Shown here piece by piece: positions 1 to 10,132 of a stretch of 64,000 bases of DNA. Under the pieces are notes generated by a model. That model had not been told where the DNA came from, ran no database searches, and saw only the letters and a list, made by a program, of their open reading frames with translations. Positions within the stretch are counted from its first letter, which is position 1. Each line of letters opens with the position of its first letter. Origin of the DNA: an uncultured archaeon (lineage in GTDB: Archaea; Micrarchaeota; Micrarchaeia; Micrarchaeales; CABMGC01); assembly GCA_963729635.1 (NCBI GenBank), contig CAVSOP010000006.1, positions 156,148-220,147 on the forward strand, given 5' to 3'. Made by a program: the position numbers and the translations under genes.

Positions 1-1815
1 GAGGAACTTCCTCAGCTCCTCGAAGCCGAAGTCCTGCGTTATCTTTATGAAAAGCGTGTTGCCCTCGCCGTAGACCAACTTCGTGACCACTCCCTCGGTT
101 ATGACTCCGTTCTTGATGACGAACTTCTCCTTCTTCGAAGGGAGCTCGAAGTCGAGGCCCTCTGGGAGGAGCATCGAGAAGACGTCCTTGCCCCTGTACA
201 TCCCGTTCTTCGCCTCCTTGGGCATGCGCCTGACCCCGGCGAGGCTGAGCAGGTACTGGGCCTCGTCGCCCGTCAGGTAAGTGTCATCCTGCGTTAGCAG
301 GTACATCCCCATGATGCCGTCCTGGCCCTGCGCTATTATCGCCCTTCCGTCCTTGGGCGAGAAGATCTGCTCCTGCACCTGCATGAGGTACTTGGCCTCC
401 GCCTGCGCCTCCAGCGTCTGCGGGACGTGGAGGTTCATCTCGTCTCCGTCGAAGTCGGCGTTGTAGGGCGCCGTCGAGCAGTAGTTTATCCTGAAGGTCT
501 TTCCGCTGACGACCCTGACCCTGTGGGCCATTATGCTCATCCTGTGGAGCGACGGCTGCCTGTTGAACAGGACTATGTCGCCGTCGTTGAGCTGCCTCTC
601 CATGATGGAGCCCGGCATTATCTCCTTGATCAGCTCCTCCCTGTTGGTGCCGAGGATCCTCTTCCTCTTGCCGTCGGGGGTGATCATGTTGACGACCATC
701 GGGAAGACCTCGCTCGTGAGGAGCCTCGTGGCCTCGTCCTTGTTCCACTCCGTTATGTAGAAAGGCACGGTGAGTTTCTCGGCCATGCTCTTCGGGACCC
801 CGACCTCGTCTATGTCGATGTACGGGTCGACGCTGATGACCGTCCTCGCCGAGTAGTTGACCCTCTTCCCGCTGAGGTTGTACCTGAACCTTCCTTCCTT
901 GCCCTTGAGCCTCTGCGCTATGGTCTTCAGCGCCCTTCCGCTCCTGTGCCTTGCGGGCGGTATCCCGCTCGTCTCGTTGTTGAAGTATGTCGTGACGTGG
1001 TACTGCAGCAGCTCCCACAGGTCGTCGATGATTATCTGCGGCGCGCCCGCGTTGATGTTCTGCTCCAGCCTCTGGTTGATCCTCATGATGTCGACGAGCT
1101 TGTGCGTCAGGTCGTCCTCGCTCCTCTCTCCCGTCTCCAGCGTTATCGAAGGCCTCACGTCGACCGGCGGTACGAGGAGCGTATCAAGTATGAGCCCCTC
1201 CGGCCTGCTCGTCTTGGCGTCTATGCCGAGGAGCACAAGGTCGTTGTCGCTTATCTTCATGAGCATGTCCCTTATCTCGTCGGGCTTGAGCCTCCTGTCC
1301 CCGAGGTAGAAGTACGTAGGCATGGAGAACTTGAGCTTTTCCTGCACGGTCTCGCAGTGCGGGCACTTGTGGACGCTCTTCAGCTTCCTGAGCATCGTGA
1401 CCTCTGCCTGCGTCTCCCCTCCGCCCTCCTTGCTGCCCGCCTCAGCCGCCAGCTCCGCAGCGACGTTGTCCCTGAAGGCGGATATCTGGTCGTTGTTGAG
1501 GAGTATCCTGTGGCACTTCTGGCACGTGGCCTGCAGAAGCATGTTTATTATCTTGCCGAACTCGGAGTGCGCGACCGGCCTGACCAGCTCAATGTGGCCG
1601 AAGTGGCCTGGGCAGTTCTTGTTCCTGCCTCCGCACGTCTTGCAGACCAGACCCGGGTCGATGACGCCGAGCCTCTGGTCTAGCAGGCCTCCGTCAATCG
1701 GGTAGCCGTCCTCGTTGTAGGTGTCGGGCACGGTGAGCTTCGCCACGCTGAGCTTCTTTATCTGCTCGGGGGAGAATATCCCGAACTTTATATGGTTGAT
1801 TACCTCGGCTTGCAT
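1..1815 (-). CDS. rpoA1: DNA-directed RNA polymerase subunit A' (start in window; 3' end runs off the left edge)
   Basis: Manual minus-strand translation from ATG at 1815: MQAEVINHIKFGIFSPEQIKKLSV...CKTCGGRNKNCPGHFGHIELVRPV...NRQPSLHRMSIMAHRVRV...YNADFDGDEMNLHVPQ (zinc motif and NADFDGD catalytic motif). Missing from the ORF track because it is open to the window edge. Canonical position after rpoB'. Confidence 0.95.
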   Translation of the reverse strand, partial: MQAEVINHIKFGIFSPEQIKKLSVAKLTVPDTYNEDGYPIDGGLLDQRLGVIDPGLVCKTCGGRNKNCPGHFGHIELVRPVAHSEFGKIINMLLQATCQKCHRILLNNDQISAFRDNVAAELAAEAGSKEGGGETQAEVTMLRKLKSVHKCPHCETVQEKLKFSMPTYFYLGDRRLKPDEIRDMLMKISDNDLVLLGIDAKTSRPEGLILDTLLVPPVDVRPSITLETGERSEDDLTHKLVDIMRINQRLEQNINAGAPQIIIDDLWELLQYHVTTYFNNETSGIPPARHRSGRALKTIAQRLKGKEGRFRYNLSGKRVNYSARTVISVDPYIDIDEVGVPKSMAEKLTVPFYITEWNKDEATRLLTSEVFPMVVNMITPDGKRKRILGTNREELIKEIMPGSIMERQLNDGDIVLFNRQPSLHRMSIMAHRVRVVSGKTFRINYCSTAPYNADFDGDEMNLHVPQTLEAQAEAKYLMQVQEQIFSPKDGRAIIAQGQDGIMGMYLLTQDDTYLTGDEAQYLLSLAGVRRMPKEAKNGMYRGKDVFSMLLPEGLDFELPSKKEKFVIKNGVITEGVVTKLVYGEGNTLFIKITQDFGFEELRKFL

Positions 1816-1825
1816 TGGGATCACA

Positions 1826-3658
1826 TCACTCGTTCATTCCTATCCTGGGCCTTATGTGCAGCGACCTGATCTCGTCGAGCAGCAGCTTGAAGGCATAGCT
1901 TATCTCGACCTCAGTAAGCTTGCTGCCGCTGCAGAGCGGGCAGACGTTCGTCTTCTTCGCGTAGTCCCTGTAGCCTACGGACCCGCAGTCCTCGCAGATG
2001 AGGACCGGCCACTTGTCGCTCTGGTCGAGCATCCTCTCCTTAAGCAGCAGGCTCGCTCCGTAAGCGACGAGCACGTCCCTTTCCATCTCTCCGAACCTGA
2101 GCCCTCCCTGCCTCGCCTTCCCTTCAGTGGGCTGGTGCGTGAGTATCTGGACGGTGCCCCTGCTCCTGACCTGCATCTTGTTGCTGACCATGTGGTAGAG
2201 CCTGTTGTAGTAGACGACGCCGGTGAATATCCTAGCCTTGAACGGCCTGCCGGTGACCCCGTCGTAGAGGAGCTCCTCGCCGAACTTGTCGAAGCCGTGG
2301 GCCTCGAGTATCTTGGCGTAGTCCTCCATCCTCTCCTTCCCGCTCTGCGAGAAGGCGGTGCCGTCGAGCTTCGAACCCTTCATGGAGCTCGCCTTGCCGC
2401 CGAGCGTCTCGAGCAGGTGGCCGAAAGTGGTCCTTCCAGGGATCCCGTGCGGGTTCAGCAGCAGGTCCGGAACTATGCCGCTCTCGGTGAAGGGCATGTC
2501 CTCGTTCTGCACGACCTGCGCTATGACTCCCTTCTGCCCGTGCCTGCTCCCGAACTTGTCCCCGACCTCGGGCACCCTGATGCCCCTTACGCGGACCTTG
2601 ACTATCTTGGTCGCGCCCGGCGACTCGGTGAATACGACGCTGTCGACGACGCCCTTCTCGCCCGGCTTGACCACCGTCGAGTCGTCCCTGGTCTTCTCCT
2701 CGAGGCCGCCTGCCCCGATGTTCTCCTCCAGGAACCTTGGCGGCGCGACCTTGCCTACGAGAACGTCGCCCTCCTCGACCTCCATCTCCGGCTCTATGAT
2801 TCCGTCCTCGCTCAGCTTCGCGTAAGCGTGCTCGCCGAGGTATCCGTCGGTGGTGGCCGGAGGCATCTTGAAGACGTCCTTCTGCCCTCCCGGATACCTC
2901 CTCTCCTCGTCGCTGTAGGTCTTGTAGAACATGCTCCTTCCGAGACCCCTGTCGACAGCGGCCTTGCTGACCACGACCGCGTCCTGCTTGTTGTAGCCGT
3001 AGTAGGTGGTGAGCGCGACGACGAGGTTCTGGCCCGATGCGTGCTTGCTGAAGTTCAGCGCCTCGTAGGCGGTGGTCGTTACGAGGGGCGCCTGCGGGTA
3101 GAATAGTATGTACGCCCTCGAATCGAATCTCAGGTTGAAGTTCGTGGCGTAGAGACCCTGGGCCTGCTTGATGTAGCTCGCGAACATGAGGTGCCTGGCA
3201 AGGCTGTTGCTCTCGGGGAACGGAGCGGTGTTGACGGTGAGCCCGAAGATCGTCGTGGGGTCGACCTCGAGGTGGGTCGTCTCCTTGGTTATGTCTGCCT
3301 CGTTGATCGCGACGAGCGCGTCCTCCTCCTCCTCCGTGTCGAGGAACTCTATTATGCCGCTCCTCACCAGGTAGCCGAAGTCGACCTCCTTCTTCTGCAG
3401 CCTGTCGAGCATCTCCTTCGTGAGCTTGGACTTCCCGTCCTCGACTACTATGTAGGGCTTCCTGACCCTGCCCCTGTCGGTGTTTATGTGGATGACGTTG
3501 AGCCTTTGGAGGTATGATACGTTGACCTCGCCAGAGAGCGCGCCCTTCCTCCTGGAGTTCCTGACCTCCTTAACGAAGGACTCCGGGTCGGCGACGTGGC
3601 CTATCGCCCTCCCGTTGAGGTGCACGTAACACTTTTCGCTTATTTTTGAGCTTGCCAT
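1826..3658 (-). CDS. rpoB1: DNA-directed RNA polymerase subunit B' (C-terminal half of split B)
   Basis: Intact 610-aa ORF with typical RpoB C-terminal blocks: GDKFGSRHGQKGV, NPHGIPGRTTFGHLLE, GGLRFGEMERD, and a C-terminal zinc ribbon CEDCGS...CPLCGS. Confidence 0.95.
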   Translation of the reverse strand: MASSKISEKCYVHLNGRAIGHVADPESFVKEVRNSRRKGALSGEVNVSYLQRLNVIHINTDRGRVRKPYIVVEDGKSKLTKEMLDRLQKKEVDFGYLVRSGIIEFLDTEEEEDALVAINEADITKETTHLEVDPTTIFGLTVNTAPFPESNSLARHLMFASYIKQAQGLYATNFNLRFDSRAYILFYPQAPLVTTTAYEALNFSKHASGQNLVVALTTYYGYNKQDAVVVSKAAVDRGLGRSMFYKTYSDEERRYPGGQKDVFKMPPATTDGYLGEHAYAKLSEDGIIEPEMEVEEGDVLVGKVAPPRFLEENIGAGGLEEKTRDDSTVVKPGEKGVVDSVVFTESPGATKIVKVRVRGIRVPEVGDKFGSRHGQKGVIAQVVQNEDMPFTESGIVPDLLLNPHGIPGRTTFGHLLETLGGKASSMKGSKLDGTAFSQSGKERMEDYAKILEAHGFDKFGEELLYDGVTGRPFKARIFTGVVYYNRLYHMVSNKMQVRSRGTVQILTHQPTEGKARQGGLRFGEMERDVLVAYGASLLLKERMLDQSDKWPVLICEDCGSVGYRDYAKKTNVCPLCSGSKLTEVEISYAFKLLLDEIRSLHIRPRIGMNE

Positions 3659-3677
3659 GCTATCGCGAGATTAAACC

Positions 3678-5145
3678 TTATTTTATGTCCCCCAGTTCCA
3701 TCAGCTTCGACTCGACGAGCTTCTCGTCTGCGCCGACGCTGATCTTCGCCATGAGGGCCATGTACTTCGTGAGCCCCACGTCAAGACCTTCTGGGGTCTC
3801 GGAGATGCAGATCTTCCCCCACTGGGTCCCGTGGACCTCCCTCGCGGCGAAGTGCGGGTGCTTCTTCGCCAGCGGAGACTTGACCCTCCTGAGGTCGGCG
3901 TAAGTGTGAATGAGGTTGGTCCTGTCGAGCACCTGCGAGACCCCTGTCTGGCCCTGCGACCCACGTCCCGGTCCCCATCGCGTACGCGATCTTCTCGGTT
4001 ATCGTCTCGGGGCTGATTATCGTAGGTATGCTGAGCTTCCTTCCCCTCGCGCTCGCGCGCTCGATCTGGTACTTGACGTCCTTCACGAAGAACCTGAAGG
4101 CGTACGTGAAGAGCTCCTCCATAAGCTGCCCGGAGTACTTGACCCTCTTGTTGGAGTAGTGGTCCTTGTCGTCAGGCGGCGCGAGCCTGTTGGCGACTAT
4201 GCTGGAGCTCCTCGCCATCTGGAGCACGTACGCGCCCTTGACCTTCCTCTCCTCAGTCCCGGTGCCTATGTGAGGCAGCAGGTACGTGTCTATCTGCGTC
4301 TCGGCGCGCTTGGTCTGGTACTCCTTGGCCTGGCCCGGAGCGGAGAGCTTGCCCAGCTCCAGGAGCGCCTCCGTGGGCCCCATCTCCTTGGCCGGGCTGA
4401 GCTCGGTGTTGAGGAGCACGTCGTTCTTGAATCCCACGATGTCGCTCGACGCCTCGAGCATGTCAGCGACGGGGGTGCCCAGCGCCCTGAGTATAAGGAC
4501 CAGGTCCACCGCCTTGTGGAGCGTCGGGAACTCGACAGTGAAGAACCCGTTCTGGTTCCTCGACACGACCGTCCTGGCCCTGAAGCCCGGAGCGGTCGAG
4601 AAGACCTTGCTGACCGTGTCCGTGCCGCTCCTCTCCGTCATTATCCTGTTGGGCGCGAGGTCCTCAAGGCCGATGAGCACCCTCTCGGTGCCCTTGATTA
4701 TGAAGTATCCGCCGGGGTCGTCCGGGTCCTCGCCGTTCTCGACCAGCTGGTTGCGCGTCATCGTCTTGAAGTGGCAGAGGTTGCTCCTCACTACGACAGG
4801 GAGCTCCCCTATGAAGACCTCTCCGTAGGACGCCTCCTTCTCTATGCCCCTTATGACCGGCACGAACTCCAGGAAAAGCGGCGCGGCGTACGTGAGGTTG
4901 CGCAGCCTCGCCTCGTTGGGGAGTATGCTCCTCCTCGAGCTGTCCGCCTCTATTATGGAGGGCTTGTCGAGCCGCACCTTGCCTAGCTTGAGCGCGAAGC
5001 CCTCGACGCTGGGCTGTATCGTAGACTGCTGGTCTATGATCTTCTGGAGGTCCGTCTCCACGAACCTGTTGAAGCCGTCTATCTGGTGATGCACCAGAGA
5101 TGTGGTAGTCAAATAAGATTCTAGCAAGAGGTTATCTCTTATCAT
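3678..5145 (-). CDS. rpoB2: DNA-directed RNA polymerase subunit B'' (N-terminal half of split B), one apparent frameshift
   Basis: ORF 3781..5145 (MIRDNLLLESYL...GTGTW) continues in another frame as GSQGQTGVSQVLDRTNLIHTYADLRRV (ORF 3678..3932). The shift maps to the ccc/ggg run at about 3960-3962. Confidence 0.9.
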
Positions 5146-5155
5146 AACACCTGGA

Positions 5156-5392
5156 TTAGCCTTCGACTACCTGCCTGTAGTGCAGGTACGCCTTCCCGAA
5201 ATCGTTCCGCCTTATCTCGAGTACGTCCCCGACGTTCGCCTGCAGCTTCACGGCCTGCGGGTCGCTATTGAGTATTTTCGGCAGGTTGCTGACCTTTATC
5301 CCGAGCCTGTCAAGGAGCTCCTCCACCCCCTTCGCGCTCATGATCTTGTGCACCGGTACGAATTCATGTTCCTGCTTATCGTTATCGACCAA
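5156..5392 (-). CDS. rpoH: RNA polymerase subunit H (Rpb5-like)
   Basis: 78-aa ORF at the head of the rpoH-B''-B'-A' operon. Size and C-terminal pattern (VGDVLEIRR...YRQVV) are typical of RpoH. Confidence 0.85.
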   Translation of the reverse strand: MVDNDKQEHEFVPVHKIMSAKGVEELLDRLGIKVSNLPKILNSDPQAVKLQANVGDVLEIRRNDFGKAYLHYRQVVEG

Positions 5393-5578
5393 GGATACAC
5401 CTAAAGAAGGATAATACTAACAGAGGGCGCGTCTACTATACTATGATAGATAAGCTTTATATATTTTCTTGCACTTTGGGGTCGTGCCACTATTAGGTCG
5501 CATTCCAGGGTGCGGGCAGGGTCAGGAAGCCCAGCGATTCTTTATATTAGTTTAATCATCCAAATATTGTCGAGTCGC

Positions 5579-6696
5579 ATGGCAGATGATTTCAAGGTAA
5601 CGCCCTACGAAGTGGAAGGCAACATAGACTACGATGTCTTCGCCAGGAATTTCGGCATAGACCTCATAGACGCGAAGCTCGAGAAGAAGATAGAGGGGCT
5701 AGCTGGAGAGTCGAACTACGCGCTCAGGAGGCACATAATATACGCCCACAGGGACTTGGGCTGGCTGCTCGACGAATACGAGAAGGGCAACCCTTTCTAC
5801 CTCTACACCGGAATCGCGCCGAGCGGGGCGATGCACTGCGGACATCTGATCTCGTTCATGTTCACGAAGTGGCTGCAGGAGAGGTTCGGTGTCGAGGTCT
5901 ACCTGCAGATACCTGATGAGGAGAAGTTCCTCGCCAAGAAGGGGCTGACGCTCGAGGGCATACGCGGCGTGGCGTATGAGAACGCGCTCGACATCGTGGC
6001 TCTGGGCTTCGACCCCAAGAAGACGAAGATCTTCTTCGACACGGAGTACGCGAAGACGCTGTACAAGCAGGCGGTGCGCGTCGCGAAGCACATAACCTTC
6101 TCGATGATGAAGGACGCGTTCGGGTACACGAACGATACCAACGTCGGCCAGATATTCTACACGAGCATGCAGGCGGTCCCCGCCTTCCTCAGATCCGTGG
6201 AGGAGGGAAGAAACGTCCCGTGCCTGATACCCCTGGGCATAGACCAGGACGTGCACTTCAGGGTCGCGAGGGACGTGCTCCCGAAGCTGGGCTACTACAA
6301 GCCGGCGATAATGCACACAAAATTCATGCCGGGGCTCGACGGGAGGCCGAAGATGTCGGCCAGCGACCCCAACAACGCAATATACCTGGGCGACGCGCCC
6401 GACCTTGTCGTCAAGAAGATAAACAAGGCTCTGACCGGGCAGCAGGCCACGGCGGAGCTGCAGAGGAAGCACGGCGGCGACCCGGAGAAGTGCGCTATCT
6501 GCCAATACTACAAGTACCTCTTCGAGCCCGACGACAAGAAGCTGGCGGCGATATTCCGCGCGGAACGCGACGGGACCCTCCTGGCGGGCGAGCACAAGGC
6601 CGCATTGCCAAGAGGATAAATTCTTTCCTTGAGGAGCACAGGAAAAGGAAGGAGCGCCTCAGGCCGAAGCTCGAGGATTTCATAGTCAGGGACTGA
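5579..6696 (+). CDS. trpS: Tryptophanyl-tRNA synthetase (archaeal/eukaryotic type), C-terminal frameshift
   Basis: MADDFKVTPYEVEG...YLYTGIAPSGAMHCGHL (HIGH-like)...KMSAS motif. The last roughly 30 aa (IAKRINSFLEEHRKRKERLRPKLEDFIVRD) are in a second frame; the shift is at about 6600-6603. TATA-like tttatatt lies about 30 nt upstream. Confidence 0.9.
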
Positions 6697-6708
6697 CATT
6701 CAGGTCAG

Positions 6709-7692
6709 GTGGTTTTCGTGCTCGTCATAGGAATAGAAAGCAGCGCGCACACGTTCGGCGTAGGCGTAGTCTCTGACGGGAAGGTGCTCGCCAACGAGAA
6801 GGCGATGTACGACGTCGGCGCGAGGGGGATGATACCGGCGAAGGTCGCCGAGTTCCACGCGAGGAACGCCGGCGGGGTGATCGAGCGCGCGGTGAAGGCA
6901 GCGGACATAAGGCTCTCCGACGTGCAGGGAGTGGGATACGCGAAGGGCCCTGGACTGGGACCGTGCCTGCAGGTGGGGCAGCTCGCCGCCAAGACCCTGG
7001 CGGACCGGCTCGGACTGGAGCTGGCTCCCGTCAACCACTCGGTAGCGCACGTCGAGATAACTAAGCACGCGTCGGGGCTCAAGGACCCCGTGGCACTGTA
7101 CGTCAGCGGGGGCAACTCGCAGATACTGAAGATCGCTGACACTCCGTACAGGCACTACCGCGTACTCGGGGAGACGTTCGACATAGGCGTCGGCAACATG
7201 CTCGACGCCTTCGCGAGGTCGGCCGGGCTGAAGCCGGCCTGGGGCTCTACAGTGGCAAGGCTCGCCGAGGGAGGGAAGTACGTGGAGATGCCTTACACGG
7301 TCAAGGGGATGGACTTCGCCTTCACGGGGCTGCTCACGCACGCGTCAAAACTGGCCAAGAACGAGAGAATGAAGGACGTCTGCTTCTCCCTGCAGGAGAC
7401 CGCGTTCGCGATGCTCTGCGAGGCCGCGGAGCGAGCCCTCCTGCTCACCGGAGGCAGGGAGCTCTGCGTCTGCGGCGGTGTCGCGCAGAGCAGGAGGCTG
7501 CGCGCGATGCTTGCGCAGGTCTGCAAGGAGCACGACACCAGATTCGGCTTCGCTAGCGACGACCTCAACGCAGACAACGGCGCGATGATCGCGTACACCG
7601 CGGAGAGGATGCTCAAGGCGGGGCGGTCCGCAAAAATGAGCGAATGCGGCGTGGAACAGAAGTTCAGGATAGATCAGGCGGTGGTCATATGA
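6709..7692 (+). CDS. kae1: tRNA N6-adenosine threonylcarbamoyltransferase Kae1
   Basis: 327-aa ORF: IGIESSAHTFGVGVV..., NHSVAHVEI, YVSGGNSQI (ASKHA-fold Kae1/TsaD signature). GTG start is uncertain (6709 or 6718). Confidence 0.9.
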   Translation: MVFVLVIGIESSAHTFGVGVVSDGKVLANEKAMYDVGARGMIPAKVAEFHARNAGGVIERAVKAADIRLSDVQGVGYAKGPGLGPCLQVGQLAAKTLADRLGLELAPVNHSVAHVEITKHASGLKDPVALYVSGGNSQILKIADTPYRHYRVLGETFDIGVGNMLDAFARSAGLKPAWGSTVARLAEGGKYVEMPYTVKGMDFAFTGLLTHASKLAKNERMKDVCFSLQETAFAMLCEAAERALLLTGGRELCVCGGVAQSRRLRAMLAQVCKEHDTRFGFASDDLNADNGAMIAYTAERMLKAGRSAKMSECGVEQKFRIDQAVVI

Positions 7693-8276
7693 TTAAACTC
7701 GGAGAGGGCGCTGAAGCGAAGGTCTTCGCAACGAGGGTCTTCGGGAGGGACGTCGTGGTCAAAATCAGGCAGGAGAAGAAATACAGGGTGGGCGCGCTCG
7801 ACCTCTCCCTGAGGCTCTCCAGGACGAGGAGGGAGGCCAGGCTCATGCTCAAGGCGCGCGCCGCAGGCGCGGGCGCGCCCAGGATAGTGGCTCTGGGCAA
7901 GTTCTCAATCTACATGGAAAGGCTTAGCGGGAAGCTGCTCAAGGACTGTGTGGTGCGCAGATCGGAGTACGGAAGGGTGGGCGCGCTGCTGGCGGGCATG
8001 CACAACGCGGGAATGGTGCACGGCGACTTCACCCCGGCCAACGTGATGGTCTGCGAAGGGGGATTGCGCGTAATAGACTTCGGCCTCGCGGAGGAGAGCG
8101 GCAGCGCCGAGGAGAGGGCCATAGATCTGCTGCTCATGAAAAGATCCGTATCCAAGGACTGCTACGAGAAGTTCAGAAGTGGATACGCCGAGAAGGCCGA
8201 CGGGGCTAGGGAGACGCTCAGGCGGCTGTCCGACGTGGAGAAGAGAGGGAGATACCAGGTAAGGACTCTGCTCTGA
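7689..8276 (+). CDS. bud32: Bud32/PRPK-type KEOPS kinase
   Basis: MIKLGEGAEAKVF...VVVKIR...MVHGDFTPANVMV...VIDFGLA. ATGA start/stop overlap with kae1. It is a separate gene, not a Kae1-Bud32 fusion. Confidence 0.85.
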   Translation: MIKLGEGAEAKVFATRVFGRDVVVKIRQEKKYRVGALDLSLRLSRTRREARLMLKARAAGAGAPRIVALGKFSIYMERLSGKLLKDCVVRRSEYGRVGALLAGMHNAGMVHGDFTPANVMVCEGGLRVIDFGLAEESGSAEERAIDLLLMKRSVSKDCYEKFRSGYAEKADGARETLRRLSDVEKRGRYQVRTLL

Positions 8277-8518
8277 AGATGCGCGGGGGAGCGGCCGGCC
8301 GCGGCTACCCTCCAAGCATTCTGACAACGAGCGCGGAAGAAAGGCCTCTACAGTTCGCCTACTCTCCTCTTCTGCGATCTCTTCATTCTCTTTCTGCGCT
8401 TCTTTATCCACTTCCAGCGCATCTTTCCCTTCTTCTTCCATTTCCTAGGTATGCTTCCCAAATAGACACCGGCTGATTTTGTGCACCTGCGTGTGTGCAC
8501 CGATTTTAATATTTATTA

Positions 8519-9319
8519 ATGCATGTAACATTTATATTAGGAAGTGGTTTCTTGCGCAATGGAATTATCGCTTATATAGTCGGGCTGGTTTTTATCGTGG
8601 CGGCGGCGCTTTTGCTTTCGGGCTACCTGGGGGGAGCTGGCAGGATAATTGGGGGGATTACTACTTCGGTGCCGCAGAACTCGACGAACCAGACTGGGAC
8701 TACCGTCGTTTCTTCGGCGACCACCATTCCGACGACTTCCGTATATTTCAGCTCCTGCCAGTCCAAGAATGCGGTGGCACCCATTCTCAACGGCAATTTC
8801 TCTACGGGCACGTACTACGGATGGAACGCTAGCGGCCCGGGGTTCGGCGCGTCGCCGTTCAACCTGACGTACGCCAACAAGGTGGGAGGTTACTACGGCT
8901 CCCCTTGGAGCGGATACTCTGGCGGCTACTTCGCCACGACTTACGCGGGCGGACGGTCGCTCCAGGCGGGAAACCTGACATCGCAGCCCTTCGAGGTGAC
9001 CGAACCTTACCTGAACTTCAGGATAGTCTCGGCCCAGAGCAACCTGCTTTATGTGGAGGTACTGCAGGGCGCGAAGGTGTCCCGGTACTGGTATAACACG
9101 TACAATGCCACCGGCAACATAAAGGCGTCCAGCACGTTCCTGAACGCGAGCATACCTATCTTGGATACGTCCTTCTTCTGCCAGAACGTGAGCGTGCGCG
9201 TAGTCTCCGGCACGGTAGGGACCACGTCGAGCAAGGGCTACATTGCAGTCGGGGACTTCTACATGAGCAAGACGCCCGAGTCGGTGGCGGGAATACTTGT
9301 GAACCAGAGCCTGAGCTGA
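8519..9319 (+). CDS. N-terminally membrane-anchored extracellular protein rich in N-glycosylation sequons (function unknown)
   Basis: 266-aa ORF with one N-terminal hydrophobic helix (IIAYIVGLVFIVAAALLLSG), an S/T-rich linker and many N-x-S/T sequons. The start is uncertain (ATG 8519 or in-frame TTG at about 8552). Confidence 0.5.
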   Translation: MHVTFILGSGFLRNGIIAYIVGLVFIVAAALLLSGYLGGAGRIIGGITTSVPQNSTNQTGTTVVSSATTIPTTSVYFSSCQSKNAVAPILNGNFSTGTYYGWNASGPGFGASPFNLTYANKVGGYYGSPWSGYSGGYFATTYAGGRSLQAGNLTSQPFEVTEPYLNFRIVSAQSNLLYVEVLQGAKVSRYWYNTYNATGNIKASSTFLNASIPILDTSFFCQNVSVRVVSGTVGTTSSKGYIAVGDFYMSKTPESVAGILVNQSLS

Positions 9320-9322
9320 CGG

Positions 9323-9826
9323 CTAGGCCTGCTTCTCCTCGGCCGAGGCGGTTTCCCGCTTGGGGTCGGCGGAGGGACTGGCGACCTGGACCGCGGCTTC
9401 TCCCTGGGTGGCGGTGGGCGGGCTCGACCTGCCTCCTCTCTTCTTCTGCTTCGCGGTCCTGGCGGTCGCGAAAAGCACATCCGCGTCCTCCGGCGACTGC
9501 TGCTCCATCCAGGCCTTTATGTACGTTGCTATGTTCCTGAAGGGCTTGGAGTACCTGTCGGTGAAAGCGTACTCGCTGTTCTCGTGCTTGAGTATGCCCA
9601 CCTCGACGCCGAAGTCGAGGTACCTCTTCCACGTCGCGATGGGAAGCGAGTCCCCGCAGTCCTTCAGCCTCAGCGTCCCCCTCTGCTTGACCGCGAGGAG
9701 CGCCTTGGCGAACCTGTATGCGCGGGTCTCGTTGCCGAAGTATATCCTCGACAGCTCCCTGACGTTCGGGCTCTTGAGCTTCTCCTTGAGCGGTGCGTCC
9801 TCGAACTCCCAGTACTTGATCGCCAT
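9323..9826 (-). CDS. Hypothetical protein, possibly winged-helix-like, with a disordered basic/acidic tail
   Basis: 167-aa ORF with host-like codon usage, convergent with the upstream glycoprotein gene. No family recognised by eye. Confidence 0.4.
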   Translation of the reverse strand: MAIKYWEFEDAPLKEKLKSPNVRELSRIYFGNETRAYRFAKALLAVKQRGTLRLKDCGDSLPIATWKRYLDFGVEVGILKHENSEYAFTDRYSKPFRNIATYIKAWMEQQSPEDADVLFATARTAKQKKRGGRSSPPTATQGEAAVQVASPSADPKRETASAEEKQA

Positions 9827-10002
9827 GCGTTTTCATCGGCATCTCAAAAATTTTAACCTTTCCGTTGCCGTTCCAGCATTCTCCAGCGCTGGGAATTTCA
9901 TATACCTGAGGAAAATACGTGTATCATGATGAATGTGTAGCTGATGAATAAATTAAAATACCCTCTTACAAAAGGTTATAAATGTTACGTAAAAGTGGTA
10001 AA

Positions 10003-10062
10003 ATGGCAAAGAAAATGGCAAAGAAGAGAACAGTGAAGAAGAAAGACTGCAAAGAAGACTAA
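10003..10062 (+). CDS. Candidate micro-ORF encoding a 19-aa lysine-rich peptide (MAKKMAKKRTVKKKDCKED)
   Basis: ATG at 10003. TATA-like aaaggTTATAAATg lies about 25-30 nt upstream, which would allow a leaderless transcript. A T-rich terminator follows immediately. Confidence 0.3.
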   Translation: MAKKMAKKRTVKKKDCKED

Positions 10063-10063
10063 G

Positions 10064-10132
10064 GGAAAAGGAAAGAGATAAAGTTTGTTTTGTTTTCTTT
10101 CCTTTTTTTTCTTTTCTATTCCTTATTTTTTA
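10064..10132. terminator. T-rich region with a short hairpin between convergent genes (micro-ORF and srp54)
   Basis: The sequence is aaggaaagag...ctttcctttttttt cttttctattccttatttttt. It has multiple oligo-T tracts on the + strand, and aaggaaag/ctttcctt can pair. Confidence 0.45.

Noticed and set aside
427-1683. Long + strand ORF (418 aa) and the similar 284..1018(-) ORF overlapping the rpoA' region.
   Set aside because: These are Arg/Pro/Gly/Val-rich shadow ORFs in alternative or antisense frames of a high-GC3 gene. The real product (rpoA') reads cleanly in another minus frame.
1721-3106. 461-aa + strand ORF antisense to rpoB'. The same class includes 3910..4986(+), 5699..6595(-), 16197..17156(-), 40801..41991(+), 54161..55498(+) and 61528..62448(-).
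   Set aside because: All lie antisense to strongly supported genes (rpoB, trpS, priL, acdA/mre11, gyrB, radA). Their composition is low-complexity R/L/V/E-rich, typical of GC3-driven stop-codon depletion.
7905-8441. A 178-aa minus-strand ORF with an acidic N-terminus in the bud32 downstream region, and the 8279..8476(+) ORF.
   Set aside because: Most of the minus ORF is antisense to bud32, and neither ORF has coding-like composition. The 240-bp gap is better explained as 3'/5' untranslated and promoter sequence for 8519..9319.
9925-9955. A C/D-box sRNA, suggested by ATGATGA...CTGATGA in the intergenic region.
   Set aside because: The spacing is wrong (8 nt between the C-like and D'-like boxes instead of about 12). 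No terminal D box (CTGA) or terminal stem was found downstream.
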